From the IMG/VR virus record IMGVR_UViG_3300032212_000684, positions 1 to 39,852 of that record: a stretch of 39,852 nt of DNA. The stretch is one strand, 5' to 3'. Shown in pieces: positions 18,999-27,955 of the stretch (the stretch's first letter is position 1; each line of letters starts with the position of its first letter). This DNA comes from a virus (Duplodnaviria > Caudoviricetes). The notes beneath the pieces were generated by a model. That model did no database searches. It saw only the letters and a program-made list of their open reading frames with translations, and was not told the DNA's origin. The translations under genes were made by a program, and so were the position numbers.

Positions 18999-19229
18999 AT
19001 GCATCCTGCTGACATTATAGCCTGTCTCACCAAAGTAGGGCATCGACCCGCGAAACTCGCCCGTGATCTGGGTGTAACGGGTAATGCTGTTTCCATGGTT
19101 ATTCACAAAAGAATCGCCAGTCAAAAAATTGCCAATCGTATTAGTCAGGTCACCGGTAAATCGTTGGAAGAGTTGTGGCCCGGCAAATACACCAATCCTC
19201 GTCCACGTGGCCGCCAGCGCGCTGCTTAA
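18999..19229 (+). CDS. ner: Ner/Nlp-family DNA-binding protein
   Basis: MHPADI.A.L...G.....LA..LGV...AVS.VI......IA..I....G....ELWP.KY motif. SD AAGGAG. Confidence 0.88.
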   Translation: MHPADIIACLTKVGHRPAKLARDLGVTGNAVSMVIHKRIASQKIANRISQVTGKSLEELWPGKYTNPRPRGRQRAA

Positions 19230-19241
19230 CAACATAGCATC

Positions 19242-19265
19242 AAAAGTCCGAACGTTCGGACTTTT
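19242..19265. repeat. Perfect 24-bp palindrome AAAAGTCCGAACGTTCGGACTTTT (copy 1, intergenic)
   Basis: Read directly. Shares the core TCCGAACGTTCGGA with 21317-21340. Confidence 0.9.
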
Positions 19266-19344
19266 ACTGTTTGACAGCAAATATTCAAAAACGCGGATTT
19301 CGCGCATTTGGTACTGACAACCGCTATCAAGGAGATTGATTTTC

Positions 19345-19827
19345 ATGACCACCAGCATAAAACTCGCCCAACAAGCCCTGCAGCAAAAACGCAAAGCGGG
19401 TGAAATCGAGTATCTGAATCCCGTTGAAAAAGCCATCCGTAACCCGGAATCCTTGAAAGCCGCCATAAACGCCATGTGTTTTGAGTGCGTTGGTCGCGGC
19501 GAAGATGACGCTCCTCGAAAAACCATTGCCCAGTGCAGTGCTTGGAGTTGTCCACTTTGGCCGCATCGACCTCACCAGCATCTGGCCGAAGATGGCTATG
19601 GCCGTGCGCAACGGACAAAGGCCATTGCTGCGTATCCCAAACGCACATTACTAGATGCGGCGGGTAAAGACCCTGCCTCGCGGCGCAAAGCCATACGCGC
19701 CAAATGCTTCGAATGTATGGACGGCGATCGCAAATTGATAAGCGCTTGCACAGCGGAATTTCCACGTGATCGAGGCAATGACTACCAAGGCTGCCCACTG
19801 TATCCACGGCGACCGACGTCACAGTAA
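19345..19827 (+). CDS. Protein with a duplicated Cys4 (putative Zn-binding) module
   Basis: AI.A.CFEC...I..C....CPL(W/Y)P.RP occurs twice. SD AAGGAG. Confidence 0.75.
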   Translation: MTTSIKLAQQALQQKRKAGEIEYLNPVEKAIRNPESLKAAINAMCFECVGRGEDDAPRKTIAQCSAWSCPLWPHRPHQHLAEDGYGRAQRTKAIAAYPKRTLLDAAGKDPASRRKAIRAKCFECMDGDRKLISACTAEFPRDRGNDYQGCPLYPRRPTSQ

Positions 19828-19983
19828 AGCAGTCCGGCTTTGAATTATTTGAAACGACTTTGAGAATTGAGAACGGCATTTTTTTGTACCTTTGTTCAAC
19901 CGAGCCTTACGACCCGTTTAAAGCCCCGAAAAGGCCCTTTAAAAACACAACTGAAGTTGCCGCGATTTAATCCGGAGAAACGC

Positions 19984-20274
19984 ATGACTAATCATCAAAA
20001 ACTGCAGACCAGCAACACGCAAAATGCAAGTGCCTATATACCAACAACTCGCATAGACGAAGTCCGCAATGCGCGGGAACAAGCAGCACTGAATCGCCTG
20101 CAGGCGCAGGCAGAGCACACCCGGAGGCAACATCAACCTCTCGCGCAAAGGCATCAAGGTAACGAGGCAGGTGAATCAGACGGTATAACAATGCCTGAAC
20201 ATCTCCAGGATTCAGATCAACGTCCAGCACCTCCGGCTCAGCCGCACCAATGTGATGAGGAAAAAAGTGCATGA
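19984..20274 (+). CDS. Hypothetical Gln-rich protein
   Basis: GGAG before the ATG at 19984. Stop overlaps the next ATG. An antisense ORF competes for this region. Confidence 0.4.
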   Translation: MTNHQKLQTSNTQNASAYIPTTRIDEVRNAREQAALNRLQAQAEHTRRQHQPLAQRHQGNEAGESDGITMPEHLQDSDQRPAPPAQPHQCDEEKSA

Positions 20275-20458
20275 GCCAGCTTGAGAGGCGTATCTGTCCT
20301 TCATTGTCCATCGGGCTGACGTATTCATATACGGCATCACCAAATAAACGGTTTTTTAGCAGATCGCATTCGTTCATGACATCCGTGAATGACATGGCCA
20401 CTAATGTCATGTCACTAAAACGATGGACATTGGCTGGTATAGCGCGTGTTGATTTCAT
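19988..20458 (-). CDS. Antisense hypothetical protein embedded in the early operon
   Basis: Strong SD GAGGAG before the ATG at 20458. 156 aa with protein-like N-terminal composition. Confidence 0.45.
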   Translation of the reverse strand: MKSTRAIPANVHRFSDMTLVAMSFTDVMNECDLLKNRLFGDAVYEYVSPMDNEGQIRLSSWLMHFFPHHIGAAEPEVLDVDLNPGDVQALLYRLIHLPRYLDAFAREVDVASGCALPAPAGDSVLLVPAHCGLRLCELLVYRHLHFACCWSAVFDD

Positions 20459-20574
20459 AATTTCACTCTCCTCTGTGTTTGTGAACATCTGCTTTCATCC
20501 TAGCCAAAAAGCTCTGTTACGTCAGTGGCAAAAACTGAAGTTTTTTTTACCAGCATTAAGGGAGGAATTTACCC

Positions 20575-20994
20575 GTGAATCAAACCGAGTTTGAACTGGA
20601 TGACCCAGGCTCTGATACACCACCCGATCTGGATGTGTTTGATGAGCTGCGAGGTGCCATTGCCCATGCCATCAAACACGCCAAGAAACGTGGCTGGGGG
20701 CGGGAGCAAATTGTCGAGCGCATGAATCTGTGCATGCCGGACATGGATAAAAAAATCACGCAACGACAACTCAACGCCTGGACAGCAACCAGCAAAGAAT
20801 ATTCTGAATTCCCGGCGCGGTTTTTACCGGCCTTTTGTTGGGCAACAAACTGCTGGCTACCGCTCAGCATTGGCCCCACCGCATTAGGACTTGAATTGAT
20901 CGACACCGAAGATGCCAAGGCGCTTGAGCTGGGCCGCATCAACCTGGCACGTGCCAGTCTGGACCAGCAAGCGCGAACATTGAAACGACGTTAG
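20575..20994 (+). CDS. Putative phage regulatory (CII-like HTH) protein
   Basis: SD GGAGG plus GTG start. REQIVERM...IT.RQLNAWTA.SKE...PA..LPAFC.AT pattern. Confidence 0.7.
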   Translation: MNQTEFELDDPGSDTPPDLDVFDELRGAIAHAIKHAKKRGWGREQIVERMNLCMPDMDKKITQRQLNAWTATSKEYSEFPARFLPAFCWATNCWLPLSIGPTALGLELIDTEDAKALELGRINLARASLDQQARTLKRR

Positions 20995-21005
20995 GAGTTT
21001 GTCTT

Positions 21006-22007
21006 ATGAGTAAAGAAATCAGCACCGATATTGTCGAACAAAACGAAACCCAATCCATGGCGGATCGTGTTGTTGCATTACAAAAGCAGGTTGACCTGGA
21101 ATTACCAGATGATACTGGTGAACTTTGGAACTATGTCGTTAGGCTGGAAAACGAGTCATCAGTCAACACCGCCAAACGTGGACTTGCTTACATAATGCTA
21201 AAAGAGGAATGTCAGCATGGCGAATTCTTGCAGCAGTTAAACAACCGTGATATTCCAATGCAACGGGCATATGAAGCCATGAATGTAGCTAAACTGCTTC
21301 TGGCATTGCCTGCTTCAAAGTTCCGAACGTTCGGAACTTTAGCAAAAACCAAATTAATCGAACTCGCCAAAATTCCTTCTGAAACATTGGAGGAGTTAAC
21401 CGAAAACGAAGAACTCGATCTGGATGAGATCGACCAGATGTCGGTGCGTGAACTCAAACAAAAAGTCAGACAGCTTAAGGCTGATGTTCAAGACGCTAAT
21501 ATCAAAAAAGAAACCGCCGAGATTCAGCTGGATGATTTTCTTGCGAATACCGAAGCGGCACCGGAAACCGATCTGCACCCTGTTGTTGCCAAAGCCCGAA
21601 TGGAAAGCGCGGTTTTATCCACGGAAGCATTCACAAAAATCGACAGCATAACCACGTTGTTTGATGATTTGCAGAGCAACTCCATGGAATTGTTTCGCGA
21701 CAAAAACAGTCAGTTTGAAGCGGCCAAGGGCTCTTTATTTGTTCACCTCAAGGCGATACAAGCCAAAGCCTCTCAGGCCGTAAATCAATTCATTGATATG
21801 TTCGGTGATGTAGATACCGATGAAAAACATTTACCTTTAATGACTGACAAGGAAGCGATCGCGCTGCTTCATAAACGTAAACTCATTTTAATGGAACACC
21901 GCACGGATGAACTGGCAAGGGAAGCCGCCAGGGCATCTAAAGCGCAGCAGAAAAAACGCGGGCCAAAACCCGGCTCAAAGCGCAAAAGCTCCGGTAGCGC
22001 AGCATGA
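21006..22007 (+). CDS. DUF3102-like HTH and coiled-coil protein upstream of the transposase
   Basis: G.....LKE.C.HGEF...L....I..Q.A...M.VA motif, then LDEID.MSVRELK..VR and a coiled coil. Stop overlaps the transposase start. Confidence 0.75.
   Translation: MSKEISTDIVEQNETQSMADRVVALQKQVDLELPDDTGELWNYVVRLENESSVNTAKRGLAYIMLKEECQHGEFLQQLNNRDIPMQRAYEAMNVAKLLLALPASKFRTFGTLAKTKLIELAKIPSETLEELTENEELDLDEIDQMSVRELKQKVRQLKADVQDANIKKETAEIQLDDFLANTEAAPETDLHPVVAKARMESAVLSTEAFTKIDSITTLFDDLQSNSMELFRDKNSQFEAAKGSLFVHLKAIQAKASQAVNQFIDMFGDVDTDEKHLPLMTDKEAIALLHKRKLILMEHRTDELAREAARASKAQQKKRGPKPGSKRKSSGSAA
21317..21340. repeat. Perfect 24-bp palindrome AAAGTTCCGAACGTTCGGAACTTT (copy 2, inside the CDS, encodes KFRTFGTL)
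   Basis: Read directly. Confidence 0.9.
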
Positions 22008-23692
22008 ACCAGCCCGCACGCCAATTACCCAGGCTAACCGTTGTGTCAACTGAAAACGAAGGCAGCATCGATTGGGATTCGCTACCGGAAACAAAACGCC
22101 TGCAGGCCAGTGAACGTGCGCAGCTGGTAAAAATCATTCTCGCAATGCAGCCTCAGGGTGTAAAACTGCGACCGGTAATTGACAACTTCCTGCTGAAAGT
22201 AAAACGCGGCCTGGTAGAAAAAGATATAGCAGGGCTAGCGCTTCGTTTGGGCCGTAACAATCAACCACCCAGTAGAAGCACAATATATAAATGGGTGCAG
22301 GCCTATGAAGCCGATGGGCTGATGGGTCTGGTTAAACAGCACAAAGGCTCTGATCGTAAGGTATGGGGTTGGGAAGCGGCGGCTATGCGCTATTATGCAT
22401 TACCGTCAAAGCCTGCCATGGCGACAGTCGGCATCTGGTTACGCCATGATGGTTATGAGACAGCGACTGATGCACGGGTTCGTGCCTATCTTAAATCATT
22501 ACCCACTAATCTCGCAGACAACTCCCGCAAACGATTGGGCGCTAACATTTACCGCGACTCACAAAAAAGTTTCGTGCGCCGCGACACTAATGTATTGGAT
22601 GTCGGTTTCATTTATCAGGGCGATGGCCACACCGTTGATGTTTATGTGGCTCACCCACAAACCGGCAAAAGCTGGCGGCCCGAGCTGACAGCATGGATGG
22701 ATATCCGCTCCCGTTATCTGGTGGGTTGGTTTATTACCGAATCGGAATCGGCATTAACCACATTGTTCTCACTATCTCATGCGCTGTTAAAACACGATCA
22801 CGTCCCGGCCATGCTGCATATTGATAATGGTGCTGGCTTCAAATCAAAAATGGTTAATGATAAAAGCCTGGGCTTTTATGCACGCTTTGACATTGATCCG
22901 ATGTTTTCCATACCCGGCAATGCAAAAGGCAAAGGCCAGATCGAACGCTGGTTTCGCACCATGGAAACTCAGTTCGGTAAACGCTGGGAAACCTATTGCG
23001 GTAAGGACATGGCGCCAGAGGCTATCAACCCGATTGTGAGAGCAGCGGCTGCAGGCAAACGCCAACTGCCATCCCTCAAACAATACACGGATGCCCTCGC
23101 TGAATATGTTGATCAATACAACAACACACCTCACAGCGCGCTGAATGGCAAAACACCGGCCGAACTCTGGGCAACATTAGATCGCACACCCATTGAGTTA
23201 CCCGCAAGCGCAATGTGTTTACCGCAAAAACAGGTCAGCATTATTCGGCAAAGTATCATGATGGATAAGCGTGAATATATGGCCCCGGAGTTGATTCAAT
23301 TCAACGGCAAAAAACTGGTGGCTGAATACAGCATACACGATGATTCATTTATCCGGGTATTGACACCTGATGGCCGCTGGATTTGTGATGCCAAGCTGGT
23401 AAACAAAGCTCATTACCTACCCGCGTCTCGTATTGATGAGGCGCAGCAAAAACGCCTCCAGGGACAACAAAAACGCCAGCAGAAAAAACTGGATGAAACC
23501 GAGGCGCGACTGGGTAATGCCATCACTCATGATCAGGTGTTAAATGACATGACCAGCTTTACCGGTGAGCTCTCAACGCCTGAAACACAACAACTGGAGC
23601 AATTAGAAAAAACCACTATTGATCTGATAACACCGTCACTCAATGAACCGGTAATTGAAGAAAGCAAAATCAACTTACTCGACGATGAATAA
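22004..23692 (+). CDS. MuA-type DDE transposase
   Basis: N-terminal HTH (PSRSTIYKWV), QGDGH, HIDNG and KGQIERWF catalytic motifs, YNNTPHSAL.GKTP, Mu transposase C-terminal domain. Confidence 0.95.
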   Translation: MNQPARQLPRLTVVSTENEGSIDWDSLPETKRLQASERAQLVKIILAMQPQGVKLRPVIDNFLLKVKRGLVEKDIAGLALRLGRNNQPPSRSTIYKWVQAYEADGLMGLVKQHKGSDRKVWGWEAAAMRYYALPSKPAMATVGIWLRHDGYETATDARVRAYLKSLPTNLADNSRKRLGANIYRDSQKSFVRRDTNVLDVGFIYQGDGHTVDVYVAHPQTGKSWRPELTAWMDIRSRYLVGWFITESESALTTLFSLSHALLKHDHVPAMLHIDNGAGFKSKMVNDKSLGFYARFDIDPMFSIPGNAKGKGQIERWFRTMETQFGKRWETYCGKDMAPEAINPIVRAAAAGKRQLPSLKQYTDALAEYVDQYNNTPHSALNGKTPAELWATLDRTPIELPASAMCLPQKQVSIIRQSIMMDKREYMAPELIQFNGKKLVAEYSIHDDSFIRVLTPDGRWICDAKLVNKAHYLPASRIDEAQQKRLQGQQKRQQKKLDETEARLGNAITHDQVLNDMTSFTGELSTPETQQLEQLEKTTIDLITPSLNEPVIEESKINLLDDE

Positions 23693-23706
23693 AGGGAGCA
23701 TGCAAC

Positions 23707-24804
23707 ATGGCAATTAATGGAAACGATGGCATTAACGGCAGCGATAGCCCAGGGATAGAAAAGCAATGGCCTGATCACTACAGTAAAGCAGATGTTGCAG
23801 CGATTGGTGTCATTAATCACTGGCTGGAAAATGGCTCAAAATACAGTGAAGACGGCAAACGCACCAAAGCTGATCTGGCGCGGGCCTGTGGCATCAAGGA
23901 CAGTACGTTTAGCCAGATTCTGTCAGGAAAATACCGGGCAACACCCACCCGATTTTTAGCGGCCGTATTGGATTATCTCGAACGTGAAACCCACCGAGAC
24001 ATTTCTGCCGTCATCATTCCGCTGGTGGAAACCAGCGTATACCGCACAGTTTCACTCGTTTGTGAGCGTGCCCATCAAAACCGTGACTTCGGCATTATCT
24101 CAGGTGAAAAAGGCGTGGGTAAAACATTCACGCTAAAACGTTACACGCAACTCACACCAAGTGCCGTGTTAATCGAAGGCACACCCGGAATGACCGCCAG
24201 AGTATTTTTATCGGAACTCATACTTCAATTGGGTATTAGTGTACCAGTACGTGTTAACGGATCAACCGGCACCAAAGATGAAAAAATGCATGCTGTCGTT
24301 AACTACTTTAAATCCCGTGATGCGTTATTGATTCTCGACGAAGCAGACAAGGTCAATGATGACACATTGGAACATGCGCGACGTATTTCAGATCTGGCTT
24401 CAGTCGGCTGTGTATTAAGTGGTACGGAGCGACTGCGTTCAATGGTCGAGGCATCCAATGGTCGACACGGCCAGATCAGCTCACGGGTTGGTTGCTGGTT
24501 TCCGGTAATGAAAGGCATCACTGAAGACGATGCAATCAGCATCACCAAAACTGCGTTTAAACACAACAACATCTCGATAAATAAATCCGTTTGTCTTGCC
24601 TTTTGGCAGATGTGTGATGGCCGAGCACGCGTGTTAGTAAAACTGATTCGAAACGTCATCGAATTTGGTTTGCGCAAGGGTCACGATCTCAACGATGAAC
24701 TGGTGTTTGAAACCGGCCGTCAGGTGATGGGATTAACCCCGCCGCCACGACGCGGCAAACGAAAATCCGCAAACATTACCACGGAGGTACCTGAGCATGT
24801 ATAG
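23707..24804 (+). CDS. MuB-type AAA+ transposition ATPase
   Basis: N-terminal HTH, Walker A GEKGVGKT, Walker B LILDEAD, ISSRVG. Follows the transposase. Confidence 0.93.
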   Translation: MAINGNDGINGSDSPGIEKQWPDHYSKADVAAIGVINHWLENGSKYSEDGKRTKADLARACGIKDSTFSQILSGKYRATPTRFLAAVLDYLERETHRDISAVIIPLVETSVYRTVSLVCERAHQNRDFGIISGEKGVGKTFTLKRYTQLTPSAVLIEGTPGMTARVFLSELILQLGISVPVRVNGSTGTKDEKMHAVVNYFKSRDALLILDEADKVNDDTLEHARRISDLASVGCVLSGTERLRSMVEASNGRHGQISSRVGCWFPVMKGITEDDAISITKTAFKHNNISINKSVCLAFWQMCDGRARVLVKLIRNVIEFGLRKGHDLNDELVFETGRQVMGLTPPPRRGKRKSANITTEVPEHV

Positions 24805-24964
24805 CGACGAATACTTGGACTATATGGGCGATTTGTTTTTAAAACTAAATTTATTTAATAAATTTTCAATCAGTTTTGAATGGTTTGTTTTTATAGGTAA
24901 GAAGTATCCAAGACTAATTTCTACCCTAGACAAAGCGCAAACAGAGGAGAAGATCGCATGTTAA
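24797..24964 (+). CDS. Small hypothetical protein (55 aa, MYSDEYLDYMGDLF...), below the ORF-track cut-off
   Basis: SD GGAGG. Overlaps the MuB stop and the next start. Translated by hand. Confidence 0.65.
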   Translation: MYSDEYLDYMGDLFLKLNLFNKFSISFEWFVFIGKKYPRLISTLDKAQTEEKIAC

Positions 24965-25143
24965 CCGCAATATTAATCGTTTTTTTCGTTGGTGGCGCGT
25001 GTGGCGTGTTGTTCACAACAGTATTGATGTATAGCCGCGTACCGGATGAAGCTGAGCCGGAATTTGGTCTCGGTGAAGAAGCCGGTCGCATAAGTGATCT
25101 GCAACAAGAGCTACCGTTTTTTTGTAAACACCAGGCTGATTAG
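24958..25143 (+). CDS. Small membrane protein
   Basis: SD GAGGAG, N-terminal TM helix. Confidence 0.65.
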   Translation: MLTAILIVFFVGGACGVLFTTVLMYSRVPDEAEPEFGLGEEAGRISDLQQELPFFCKHQAD

Positions 25144-25145
25144 AC

Positions 25146-25700
25146 ATGGCGATTAGTGGTGTGTGCCCATCCTGCGGTTACAAGTTTGCGTTACAGCTGG
25201 CGCTGCAGGATGCACGCTCACGAAAGGCATTACTGGCGTGTCTAAAAATAGCACCCAGTCTAGCGGACCGACTGATCGTCTATCTGGAACTCTTTAGCCC
25301 AGGCGATCGCGCGATCCGTGCTGATCGCCTGGCGAATTTACTTGAAGAGTTGAGCGAGAAAATTCATAAAGCCCAAGTGGAACGCAATGGCGTGGTATGG
25401 GTGGCACCGTTAGATTCCTGGAAAGCCGGATTGGATTCGGTTCTGGCCCGGCGCAGTGACCTAACATTGCCACTACCAAATCATGCCTATCTGTATCAAA
25501 CCGTCGCAAATATTGCTAACAAAAGTGCGGCGAAAGTTGAACAACAAACCGAGCAGCAACGGCAAACGGGTATTGGTAACCGTAGCTGTACCATGGAAAA
25601 AGCTGTACCAAATGTTGGTAGTAAACCGGAAGATTTCGCCGAAACCGCCAAGGCGATTATAAAAGGCGGCCCCCTTAAAACCCCTAAACAAGAGGATTGA
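25146..25700 (+). CDS. Conserved Mu-like early protein with N-terminal CPxC
   Basis: CPSCG...YL.LF.P...RLA.LL.EL...W...L...LPL.NH.YL pattern. Confidence 0.75.
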   Translation: MAISGVCPSCGYKFALQLALQDARSRKALLACLKIAPSLADRLIVYLELFSPGDRAIRADRLANLLEELSEKIHKAQVERNGVVWVAPLDSWKAGLDSVLARRSDLTLPLPNHAYLYQTVANIANKSAAKVEQQTEQQRQTGIGNRSCTMEKAVPNVGSKPEDFAETAKAIIKGGPLKTPKQED

Positions 25701-25703
25701 TAA

Positions 25704-26240
25704 ATGGCCAAAGCCACCAAGTTAAAAACCAGTGCTGTTGACGCGCCAGTGTCACAAGCCGAAGCAGAAAAATTGCTGGATGAAATCGGCAATCTCCAAG
25801 ACCAGATTGGTAGTATCGAAGCCGCAATGAATGCAGAACTGCGTACCACAAAAGATGCGTTTGAAAAGGAAGCGCAACCGTTGAATGAAGAAATCAGCGC
25901 TAAGTTTCACGCGCTACACATTTATGCCGAGGCTAATCGATCTGTTCTGCTAAAAGGCAAATCCAAAACGGTCAAGCTGTCTACCGGTGAAATTTCCTGG
26001 CGCACAACACCACCCAGTGTTCGCATTGCCAAAAAAGAAGTGGTCATCGAAACACTCAAGCGATTGGAAATGTATGACCTGATTCGCAGCAAGGATGACA
26101 TCAACAAAGATGCAATCCTGGCAGATCCTGAAAGGGTTGAAGGTATTAAGGGTATTAGCATCAACCAACGTGAAGAGTTCGTGGCTAAGCCATATAAGAG
26201 CCAGATTGAAAAAGCTGAGACCGTGAAAGCAGCCGCCTAG
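25704..26240 (+). CDS. gam: Host-nuclease inhibitor Gam
   Basis: YAEANR..L..GKSKTVKLSTGEISWR..PPSV...INKDAIL......I.GI.I...EEF motif. Confidence 0.92.
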   Translation: MAKATKLKTSAVDAPVSQAEAEKLLDEIGNLQDQIGSIEAAMNAELRTTKDAFEKEAQPLNEEISAKFHALHIYAEANRSVLLKGKSKTVKLSTGEISWRTTPPSVRIAKKEVVIETLKRLEMYDLIRSKDDINKDAILADPERVEGIKGISINQREEFVAKPYKSQIEKAETVKAAA

Positions 26241-26243
26241 TTC

Positions 26244-26382
26244 CATGCCACCCCACTTTGGGGCACGCCCAGCGGCCGGTGGCGTGTGAAATAACAACCG
26301 CAATCAGGGATCGGTACCTCCCTTTACTCCGCCGAGCGACCTGATCGTCTGGCCCACGCTACGGGCTATAACAACAAGGAGG
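26244..26382 (+). ncRNA. Structured intergenic RNA after gam with an anti-SD loop
   Basis: Stems 26244-52/26278-86, 26303-08/26340-45, 26311-15/26331-35 and 26352-55/26363-66. Loop ACCTCCCTTTACTCC. Confidence 0.5.
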
Positions 26383-26391
26383 ATTTATCGG

Positions 26392-26556
26392 ATGATTCAA
26401 TCAGAAACAAATTACACAGCAGAATGCGATACGTGTGGCACACCTTATCATGATGAGTTCATTTGTTTTGGAAGCAAAGATGAGATGACAGCATTGATGC
26501 GAGACGATGGTTGGAAGGTAATTGAAGACCATTGCAAATGCCCTGACTGCAAATAA
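26392..26556 (+). CDS. Small Zn-finger protein (54 aa, CDTC...GW...CPDC), below the ORF-track cut-off
   Basis: SD AAGGAGG. Translated by hand. Confidence 0.7.
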   Translation: MIQSETNYTAECDTCGTPYHDEFICFGSKDEMTALMRDDGWKVIEDHCKCPDCK

Positions 26557-26572
26557 ATTCAAGGAAACGAAA

Positions 26573-26770
26573 ATGCCAAATAAAAATAAAACAGAAGTTC
26601 ACACCTGCGTGCATTGCGATTGGCAAGGCACCGAGGAGGATAAAAACCAGGTACCCTGTGATGACTTCAAGGACATCGGCGTGGAGTGTACAGAGTCGGT
26701 GTGTCCGGAGTGCGGTTCGAATACGTTTTTTTTACCAGTTAAACAGATTTGTAATGACACGGCAGCTTAA
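26573..26770 (+). CDS. Small Zn-ribbon protein
   Basis: CVHCDWQG...CPECGS. AAGGA before the ATG at 26573. Confidence 0.7.
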   Translation: MPNKNKTEVHTCVHCDWQGTEEDKNQVPCDDFKDIGVECTESVCPECGSNTFFLPVKQICNDTAA

Positions 26771-26775
26771 AGCTC

Positions 26776-26988
26776 ATGCGCAAAATAACTTTTGAATGCC
26801 AAATTCATAACTTGAAATATGAGTATCCAGAAAATTGGGAAGAGCAAAAACTTTCGCCGCAAAAATGCCCTCTATGTATGGGTGCTGAGTTAACTCGTCT
26901 AAGCACGAAATATATCGAGGTAAAAAACCAACGTGACAAGCTTCTAGCCGCTATTGATATTAAATTCAATGTTGAATCTAAAATGTGA
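26776..26988 (+). CDS. Small hypothetical protein (CxxH...CPLC)
   Basis: 70 aa, in operon order. Confidence 0.6.
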   Translation: MRKITFECQIHNLKYEYPENWEEQKLSPQKCPLCMGAELTRLSTKYIEVKNQRDKLLAAIDIKFNVESKM

Positions 26989-27093
26989 TTGACGCCGGTC
27001 CGGATGCTGTTTTATTCGAGTGTGATTGTGGCTGGCAAAGTGAGTGGCTGGTTAATAATTTTACGGACACACAAATCAAACGAGGTATTCCCT

Positions 27094-27342
27094 GTGAAGA
27101 CTGCAACCGCTAAACCAGAAACCAAAGAATTAAATACAGAACTGGCCAGGCAAATGATTGAACGTGCCGATGCTGATCAATTACCTCACGATCATGTAAT
27201 GCGAGTGAAGGCGATGGAATTCGAGAACGTTTGTAATGGGTACATCGCTGAACCAAAAACACATACGGCAAAGCAACTCTTAGGCGCCTGGGCGCGTGCT
27301 CGCAATACTTGGTGTGAATATACAAAAGAGCCGCTTCTGTAA
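27094..27342 (+). CDS. Hypothetical protein
   Basis: GAGG plus GTG start at 27094. LLGAWARAR..W...T.EPL C-terminus. Confidence 0.65.
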   Translation: MKTATAKPETKELNTELARQMIERADADQLPHDHVMRVKAMEFENVCNGYIAEPKTHTAKQLLGAWARARNTWCEYTKEPLL

Positions 27343-27378
27343 CTTCTCATTGAATAGTAATTAATCTGAGGAACTCAA

Positions 27379-27660
27379 ATGTTACATAAATTAAAAATTT
27401 TACCTAACCATTTCGAATCGGTTATTCGTGGTGACAAAAAATTCGAGATTAGAGACAACACGGATCGCGGTTTTCAAAAAGGCGATACCGTTGTACTTGA
27501 AGAATTTGATCCACAAAAATCACTCACTAATATTGAGCGTTGCTATACGGGTAAGCAAACAATGGTGAATATTTCTTATGTATCTAACTTCAATCAAAAA
27601 GACAATTATGTGGTGTTTGGGTTTAGCTTGATTGCTAATGAAGGATTTCAGCAATCCTGA
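27379..27660 (+). CDS. ASCH/PUA-like domain protein (DUF3850-like)
   Basis: H.LKILP.HF..V..G.KKFEIR...DRGFQ.GD.V.L.E...YTG motif. Confidence 0.85.
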   Translation: MLHKLKILPNHFESVIRGDKKFEIRDNTDRGFQKGDTVVLEEFDPQKSLTNIERCYTGKQTMVNISYVSNFNQKDNYVVFGFSLIANEGFQQS

Positions 27661-27734
27661 CAACTAGGAGAGGATTATGTTGACAGAGAAAATGAAGCAA
27701 TCAATGAGCAAAGTCAAAAACTAAGGCGCGAAAA

Positions 27735-27929
27735 ATGGCTAAAGAAAATTATGCAGCAGTAGAGGTCATCCAAGGTGAATATCACCAAGGATTCAAAAGC
27801 CGGGAGCAAGCTATTGCCTATGTTCACGAGAGACTCGAAAAAGTGGATGTGAATGAAGAGTATGCATGGCGGGTATTACGGGTACTGGATGAGTGGAATA
27901 ACGATGACCTGCTACCAGGCGAACGATAG
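27735..27929 (+). CDS. Hypothetical protein
   Basis: 64 aa in the early operon. Confidence 0.55.
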   Translation: MAKENYAAVEVIQGEYHQGFKSREQAIAYVHERLEKVDVNEEYAWRVLRVLDEWNNDDLLPGER

Positions 27930-27955
27930 GTAATGCAACAAGGGAGTAAATCGCA

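Noticed and set aside
18984-19879. Minus-strand ORFs of 180 and 178 aa over ner and the Cys4 gene
   Set aside because: Shadows of better-supported plus-strand genes that have SD sites and recognisable motifs.
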